Source: a virus (Duplodnaviria > Caudoviricetes). From it: a stretch of 30,995 bases of DNA. Shown here piece after piece: positions 25,613-30,995 of this stretch; the stretch's first letter is position 1; the number at the start of each line of letters is the position of its first letter. The translations under genes and the position numbers were made by a program. The notes under the pieces were generated by a model. The model saw only the letters and a program-made list of their open reading frames with translations, searched no databases and was not told where the DNA came from. Location of the stretch: the IMG/VR virus record IMGVR_UViG_3300037478_000316, positions 1 through 30,995 of that record. One strand, written 5' to 3'.

Positions 25613-25992
25613 TTCTTCACCGTGCCAGCCGCCCGGAGCATCTCTTGGTAAAGCTCCTCGTCGTCGACGTCATCGGGAACAGGCTCGCTCATCACATCGA
25701 CGATCGGCTTGTTGTTTTTCTCCGAGTAGTCCGACCACGACTTGTAGTCAGCTTTCGCAAGTTCCTTGAGAATGGGAAGCGTCGACTCGTTGAAGCGGAA
25801 CTGCGCGGCGCTAACATCGTTCACCAGCTTCGCGTATTCAGTCTCGCGCCCCGCCTTCTTGTCTCGACGGCCTCTCGCTATCCAGTCCCGAAACGACCCG
25901 ACGTTTTCCCCGTACTTCAACAGGGACAGATCGAGTCTCAATCCCTCTTGAATGTTGAAGCAAAGTTCGGTGATCTGTTCTGGCGAGAGCAT
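25609..25992 (-). CDS. putative terminase small subunit
   Basis: 127 aa helical ORF coupled to terL (ATGA), GAGGAG RBS; call is positional. Confidence 0.65.
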   Translation of the reverse strand: MLSPEQITELCFNIQEGLRLDLSLLKYGENVGSFRDWIARGRRDKKAGRETEYAKLVNDVSAAQFRFNESTLPILKELAKADYKSWSDYSEKNNKPIVDVMSEPVPDDVDDEELYQEMLRAAGTVKK

Positions 25993-26007
25993 CTCTCCTC
26001 GGGCTTG

Positions 26008-26982
26008 CTATGCGGTGAGCTCTATGATCTCTCCCGCGGTTCCGGGGGTTGTTGAAGCGGTACCGACAGCACCATCATCACCAAGTGCAGCCTCGATCGT
26101 TCCGGCCCCGGACTTGAGGCGGTACACCACGAAGACGACTCCACCGCCACCGCCACCTCCCGCACCAGCCGAACCGCCAGATGCCGATCCTCCAGCACCA
26201 CCGTTCGCCTGGATCGTTCCTGCGTTCTGCAGGTCGAACGCGTAGAGCGAGAGCACGCCGCCGCCAGACCCACCACCACCGCCGGCCGCACCAACACCCT
26301 CGCTGCCGCCTCCGCCTCCGCCACCGCCCAGGATCCTCGTGAACCCGCTGGGCCCGACGATGTACCCTGGGTGCGAGCTGACGTGATTCCAGCCGCCGTC
26401 GGTTGCGGCAGGGTCGGTAGCTGTGCCTCCGGTGCCCCCGCTCGCCTCGTTCCCCTCGCCGCCCTCCGAGCCGCGCCCTCCGAGCGCGTCGGTGACAGCG
26501 GAGCCATTGAGTCCGGTGCCAGAGTCGACCCCCGCACCACCACCACCAGAGGTCCCCAGGATCCCGCCACTCAGCGCAGCCGCAGCGTCGCCCCCGGTGC
26601 CGGACCCTGGCGAGTCCCCGCCGTCGATCCCGTTGCGGTGCATGACTCCGCCCGCGTCGATCTGACAAATGCCTTTGACGTAGACGGGAAACCCTGCCGT
26701 TGCGAGTACGCCATCGCTCTCGATCGTCAGGTTGTCGTAATACATCGTACGCGTGAGCGTCGTGGTGCCGCCGCTGATCACCACGTCGCCGTCACTGCCG
26801 TCACCGAAGATGCCGGCATTCGCGAAGCTGAGTTGATTCAACATCCAGTTCAGATGCTGGACGAGCACCGGTTCTCCAGGAACGTGCCCGTTGGCGAGCT
26901 CGGCAGCAAGCGGCTCGACTTTGGTATCCTGTGCGGTGTAGTCACCGGTTGAAGGATTCGTGTTTGATGCCCATTCGTACAT
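26008..26982 (-). CDS. glycine-rich tail fibre-like protein
   Basis: N-terminal W...KVEP...GHVPGEP...QHLNW fibre-attachment-like segment, FGDGSDGDV, long Gly-rich tracts; follows the baseplate genes. Confidence 0.7.
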   Translation of the reverse strand: MYEWASNTNPSTGDYTAQDTKVEPLAAELANGHVPGEPVLVQHLNWMLNQLSFANAGIFGDGSDGDVVISGGTTTLTRTMYYDNLTIESDGVLATAGFPVYVKGICQIDAGGVMHRNGIDGGDSPGSGTGGDAAAALSGGILGTSGGGGAGVDSGTGLNGSAVTDALGGRGSEGGEGNEASGGTGGTATDPAATDGGWNHVSSHPGYIVGPSGFTRILGGGGGGGGSEGVGAAGGGGGSGGGVLSLYAFDLQNAGTIQANGGAGGSASGGSAGAGGGGGGGVVFVVYRLKSGAGTIEAALGDDGAVGTASTTPGTAGEIIELTA

Positions 26983-26983
26983 G

Positions 26984-27616
26984 CTACACCTCGATTATCG
27001 CGGCGGCTGGATAGGCCGCGGCACCTTCGTCGCCAAGAGTTGTTTCGCCGGTCCCGGGGTCTTCGACATCGCCGTCTGTAGTGTCGCCAAGCAGCACGGC
27101 CCCAGCAGTCTGGTGCGCATGCAGATGCAAGCTCACCCCGCCTACCTTCGCTTCTTCCAGCAGTCGCGTCAGAAGGTTCGTGTCGGCGATGGGGACCGCG
27201 GCTCCGATGCTCGCGTGCGCCGGATAGACCTCGTAATACTCTGTGGCCGGGAGCCCGGTTAGCAGCCCGACGATCGTCATCAGCGCATCGGGCCCACCCT
27301 GGCTCGACAGGATCAGTTGCACCTGAATCTGCAACAGAAGCTCGTACCGTGCATCCGAGCTGCCCAAGCGCCTGCGGCCCAGCCGTGCACCGATGATGTC
27401 CTGCTGAGCACCCACAGCTTGCGTCGGGTCGAAGGCTTCGGGCATCGACTGAAGCACGGCCTCGTTCGCCAGGTGGCGTGCTTCGAGTCCGTCAAGGATC
27501 GCGCGGAAGTTTGGTCCGAGGCGCGTTTGGTATAGGAGGAGATCGGATGCGCTGGTCGGCTCGGCCTCCGCAGCAGCAGCGACCGCAGCCGCTTCCCATT
27601 CGAGTTCGACCGTCAT
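26984..27616 (-). CDS. baseplate wedge subunit (DUF2612 / P2 gpI-like)
   Basis: FDPTQAVGAQQDIIGARLGRRR...SDARYELLL. Confidence 0.75.
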   Translation of the reverse strand: MTVELEWEAAAVAAAAEAEPTSASDLLLYQTRLGPNFRAILDGLEARHLANEAVLQSMPEAFDPTQAVGAQQDIIGARLGRRRLGSSDARYELLLQIQVQLILSSQGGPDALMTIVGLLTGLPATEYYEVYPAHASIGAAVPIADTNLLTRLLEEAKVGGVSLHLHAHQTAGAVLLGDTTDGDVEDPGTGETTLGDEGAAAYPAAAIIEV

Positions 27617-28539
27617 AGCTCCACCGCATTTCCGCCGCTGTCGAACGCGATCACTCTCAAGCGCATGCCTTCAGATGGCCAGATGGCACGACGCGTGAAC
27701 GCCAGTCGCAAGCCGCCTTCGATGGCGGTTCGGGTACCGCTGTACAGGTGGCCGAACCTGTCTCCGTTGTAGGCGACTTCCTCGCGTACCGTCGTAAGAA
27801 ACTCAACGAGAAGCACGACCGATGCGATCGTTCCGTTGTCGAGAATGTCGATCGATACGGTGTCACCGGGCGCGAGCGTTCCATCAGGAAGGACGTTCTC
27901 GACGGTGGGTGGCTCGCTGTCTACGGCTGCCGTATCAGGCCCGCTCTCGAAGCTGGCCACGATCTCCTCGGACGTGCGAGCAACGCTTGATACTCGGATC
28001 TCTCTGATCTCTCCGTCCCACCGGTTGGCGTTTGCCGCGTTCTCCCCGATGATCCACGTCGCCGATGTGCCGCCGCTGGCATTCGTGCCGGACCCGTCGC
28101 CCGCATCCTCACCGTCGATGTAGAACTGTACGCTTCTGATGCCATCCGCAACCGAGCACACGACAGCCAGGTGAGTCATTGCTCCGACAGGGAAGGCGTC
28201 ATCACTTGGCAGATCGACATTCGTAGCGCTGGAGCCGTGCTCCCAGAAGAAGCGAACAAGCCCTGTATTCGCTTCCACGTAGATCCATGCTAGATAGTTC
28301 GTCGCCTCGCTCTCTGCTCCGCCAACGCCGTACAGCACAATCGAATGATCGGCCGTGGCGTGCAGAGCATCCAGCTGCGCCCACACCTCGATCGTAAAGT
28401 CCCCCACGAGCGCGGAGTTGACTTCAGTATCGTTGCCGTCGATGTGCAGAGCGCCTTGCCCAGTGGCGCGATCGATGTCACCCATGCCGGCATCTAGCCG
28501 GATGAGGCGAAGCGTATCCTCGTCTACGGGGAGACTCAC
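27613..28539 (-). CDS. LamG/concanavalin-A-like domain virion protein
   Basis: DFTIEVW, THLAVV, QFYIDG, WDGEIREIRVSSVARTSEEI, plus an Ig-like C-terminal domain. Confidence 0.8.
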   Translation of the reverse strand: MSLPVDEDTLRLIRLDAGMGDIDRATGQGALHIDGNDTEVNSALVGDFTIEVWAQLDALHATADHSIVLYGVGGAESEATNYLAWIYVEANTGLVRFFWEHGSSATNVDLPSDDAFPVGAMTHLAVVCSVADGIRSVQFYIDGEDAGDGSGTNASGGTSATWIIGENAANANRWDGEIREIRVSSVARTSEEIVASFESGPDTAAVDSEPPTVENVLPDGTLAPGDTVSIDILDNGTIASVVLLVEFLTTVREEVAYNGDRFGHLYSGTRTAIEGGLRLAFTRRAIWPSEGMRLRVIAFDSGGNAVEL

Positions 28540-28542
28540 GGT

Positions 28543-29733
28543 CTAGTCCTCCACCACCGCGACGCGAGCCGCTGTGAACACCGCACGTTCGCGGATTGAG
28601 ATCGATCGCTTCGCCGTGCTGTACGCGTCAAGGACACCATCGTCGATCGACAGCGTGATCGCCACCGCGTCGATGCCTGGGATCTCGGCAGCCACCACGG
28701 CACCGATCAGTTTGTAGACGAGCACGTCGGTACCGATGCCGAACGCATCGGCGGCGTATTCTAGGATCGCAGTCTCCACCGCGTCGGTCACATCGTCGGG
28801 CGCATCCTCTTCGCTCGTCGAAGTCGTGATCGTGCACTCGACCCACATGGTGATCTCAGCCACGCGATCGAACGCGATCGGTTGCTCGACCCCTCGGACG
28901 TCAGGCGTCGTGGTGACCACGTCGGTGCCCCACATCTCGATACCGCCAGGCTTGCCAGTCCAGATGGCCGCGGCCACATCGGCATCCGCTCCACCTTCAA
29001 CGATGATATTCATCGCCTTGCCGGGGATCCCGTTGGCGTCGGTGACGAGCGTGACGTTTTCCCAAGCCCGCACGTACGTGACGCCGGTGACACCCGACAC
29101 CGCAGCTTCGACGGCGTTTAGCGGGCCCTGCCCTCGCCTGTATCGCTCGATCTCCTGCCGGGCTCGATAGGCGGTGTGGCTCTCCACCAAGTTGCCCACG
29201 ACCGTCTGCGAAGTCGACTCGAACGAATCGAAGCCCACGACCACATCCAAGATCGTCCAGTCCTCGTCATGGTCGACGTCTTGCGCTCCGACGTCGTCGG
29301 CGACCAGTTCGACACCGGTGATCGTTCCGCCGCCACCGATCACGTACGGCCCACCCGTCGTGGTCCACACGGTTTCCGTCAGGTCGTACCGGATGCGTGT
29401 TCCGTCGGGGATCGAAGTTGCAGGATCACCTGTTGCTGTGCCGAGCACCCTGGCCGCGAGCTCGGGGATCCGCGTCACACCCAGAAGGCTCCCGTTGATG
29501 TCTTGCGGGACGCCTTCGGAGAGCCGCGGGTCCTGGGCCTGGTACACCGCCAGGATCTGCTCCTGCGTGCGCTGTTCCATGGTGGCCATGGCGCGAGCGA
29601 GTTGGCCGATCGAAGACTCCAACTCGGTGTCGATGTCGACTCCAAGCCCGGACTCCAGCATGGCGATCACGTCCGCCAAGATCTCGTCGAACGTCTGGAT
29701 CGTGAGTCCAGCAGAGGTTAGCGATGCACTCAT
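28543..29733 (-). CDS. baseplate J-like protein
   Basis: LTSAGL.IQTFDEIL, QDPRLSEG, IPDGT, ESHTAYRAR, V.GV..VRAWEN, IIVEGG...VAAAIW..KPGGI. Confidence 0.88.
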   Translation of the reverse strand: MSASLTSAGLTIQTFDEILADVIAMLESGLGVDIDTELESSIGQLARAMATMEQRTQEQILAVYQAQDPRLSEGVPQDINGSLLGVTRIPELAARVLGTATGDPATSIPDGTRIRYDLTETVWTTTGGPYVIGGGGTITGVELVADDVGAQDVDHDEDWTILDVVVGFDSFESTSQTVVGNLVESHTAYRARQEIERYRRGQGPLNAVEAAVSGVTGVTYVRAWENVTLVTDANGIPGKAMNIIVEGGADADVAAAIWTGKPGGIEMWGTDVVTTTPDVRGVEQPIAFDRVAEITMWVECTITTSTSEEDAPDDVTDAVETAILEYAADAFGIGTDVLVYKLIGAVVAAEIPGIDAVAITLSIDDGVLDAYSTAKRSISIRERAVFTAARVAVVED

Positions 29734-30110
29734 GCGGATACTCCTACATCAACGGTGAGTGGGCGAGTACCCACGATGACGTCAACCGAAAGCGTCAGGA
29801 TCCGCGTCTCGTTGTCGAGCGATGCACGGATATCCGAGATCCCATCGACGCCTTCGACCGCCGCGATCCGCTGGTAGAACAGGAACGCCACGCCGCCGAT
29901 CGGCTGCCGACCGAACACGCCGTCGGTGTACGGGATGCCAGCGTCGCGATCGAACGGTGACTCACCGAGCCATGTCAGCATCGCGTATCGAATGCGCTGT
30001 GCCACGAGCTCTAGATAGGTGTCGTCTTCCCCACCGATCAAAACGAGGTCGTTGTACTGAATGTCCAGGTCGTACCCGTCGGCGACTGCGACCACGCGGA
30101 AGTCGGTCAT
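29730..30110 (-). CDS. baseplate wedge / sheath initiator (gp25/gpW-like)
   Basis: VAQRIR..MLTWLGE..FD..AGIPY...VF, I..VEGV; lies between spike and J. Confidence 0.8.
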   Translation of the reverse strand: MTDFRVVAVADGYDLDIQYNDLVLIGGEDDTYLELVAQRIRYAMLTWLGESPFDRDAGIPYTDGVFGRQPIGGVAFLFYQRIAAVEGVDGISDIRASLDNETRILTLSVDVIVGTRPLTVDVGVSA

Positions 30111-30826
30111 CACTGAACCTGCACTTTCGCCGACAGCCAGCTGGCAATCGTGGCTGCAAGGGTGGCGGTGGCGGTGGTGACCGCTGCGATGTACGTGTCA
30201 TGGATGACGCCCGATGGGTCCGGAGCGCCAGAGGCAGCAGCAGCACCAGCAGTCGCAAGTGTCGACGACCATGCGGTGAACGCAGCGGAGAGTTGCGTGC
30301 CGAGGACTGCTGGGCTCGTGGCTGCGCGGCCAAGCTTGACGATCGGACCCTCCACCACTGTCGCGGTGAGATCGGTTGGTGGAACAATCGGTGCGGTGTC
30401 AGGGTGAGGGCCCGGGAAGAAGATCCCGTCGGCGAGGTCGTGAGTGCGGCCGGAAGACGGGTCGGCCGGTGCTCCGAGACGGAGCCATTCGCCCAACGCT
30501 CGGTCGCAGAACACGACGACTCCAGTGTGTCCTGGAAGCAGCTGTGTCGTCACGTACCCCGTACTGTTGCCCATCCATGCTACGGGCACCTGGGGCAGCG
30601 ACACGGGAGGCTCCACCAGCTCGATACCCAAGGGCTTCGGACGAACCGGGAGGAACCCCAGGAGAAGATCGGCGCGCTGGGTGGCCGGGTTGTAGGTCAC
30701 CACCTGGGCGGGAGCCGCAACGCGAAGATCGAGCTCCATGTTTCGGAGCATCCGGCGGATCACTTCGTAGCGTGTCTCGCCGGGTGACGGTGAGCCTTCG
30801 CGGTCGTGGCCGTCGTCGCGGTTCAT
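30110..30826 (-). CDS. baseplate central spike (Gp138-like)
   Basis: RVAAPAQVVTYNPATQRA, LPQVPV, G.TGVVVFCDR...W, RTHDLADGIFFPG. Confidence 0.85.
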   Translation of the reverse strand: MNRDDGHDREGSPSPGETRYEVIRRMLRNMELDLRVAAPAQVVTYNPATQRADLLLGFLPVRPKPLGIELVEPPVSLPQVPVAWMGNSTGYVTTQLLPGHTGVVVFCDRALGEWLRLGAPADPSSGRTHDLADGIFFPGPHPDTAPIVPPTDLTATVVEGPIVKLGRAATSPAVLGTQLSAAFTAWSSTLATAGAAAASGAPDPSGVIHDTYIAAVTTATATLAATIASWLSAKVQVQ

Positions 30827-30995
30827 AGCGGGCCCCTTCCGATGACGGTTGCCCGCCACATCGCGCCGATCGTGTCGCCCTGATACGAAGCTGCTTCGAC
30901 GCGGTAGTACTTCGGGCCGGAGCGACTGAGGCCGCCGCTCAGTGCAACTTGCCCACCAGGCGTGATGTTCGGATCGAGCATCGACGTGAAGCGCA
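30823..30995 (-). CDS. C-terminus of baseplate hub protein, 5' end outside the window
   Basis: Manual translation RFTSMLDPNITPGGQVAL...YYRVEAASYQGDTIGAMWRATVIGRGPL*; stop overlaps the spike ATG. Confidence 0.7.
   Translation of the reverse strand, partial: RFTSMLDPNITPGGQVALSGGLSRSGPKYYRVEAASYQGDTIGAMWRATVIGRGPL

Larger units (their letters stand above)
1..30995. mobile_element. temperate myovirus-type phage genome segment
   Basis: Integrase, repressor, replication, packaging and baseplate genes throughout; no host genes visible. Confidence 0.92.

Overview
A 31 kb stretch of a GC-rich temperate tailed phage genome with contractile-tail (myovirus-type) genes; no host genes are visible. A myxobacterial host is only a guess from one regulator family. 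The left end holds a minus-strand run (Xis-like HTH, three small ORFs, partial DUF2213 head protein). Next is a ~750 bp lower-GC control region with GTTACA/TGTAAC repeats, probably the replication origin. A ~19 kb plus-strand early module follows: DUF927 helicase, regulators, DNA methylase, lipoproteins, XRE repressor with two operator-like sites, a CCA-ending tRNA-like element, a lone minus-strand tyrosine integrase, YqaJ exonuclease, Gp3-like protein, SSB, SF2 helicase, HNH nucleases, VRR-NUC, MazG, SLOG and a TOPRIM primase. It converges on a minus-strand late module reading hub, spike, baseplate, tail fibre, terS, terL, portal, minor head. The most unusual points are a portal fused to an excisionase-like HTH, a divergent pair of paralogous HTH genes around the origin, the tRNA-like RNA and palindromes around the integrase, and a doubly permuted gene order. 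Family calls come from motif recognition by eye, not database searches.
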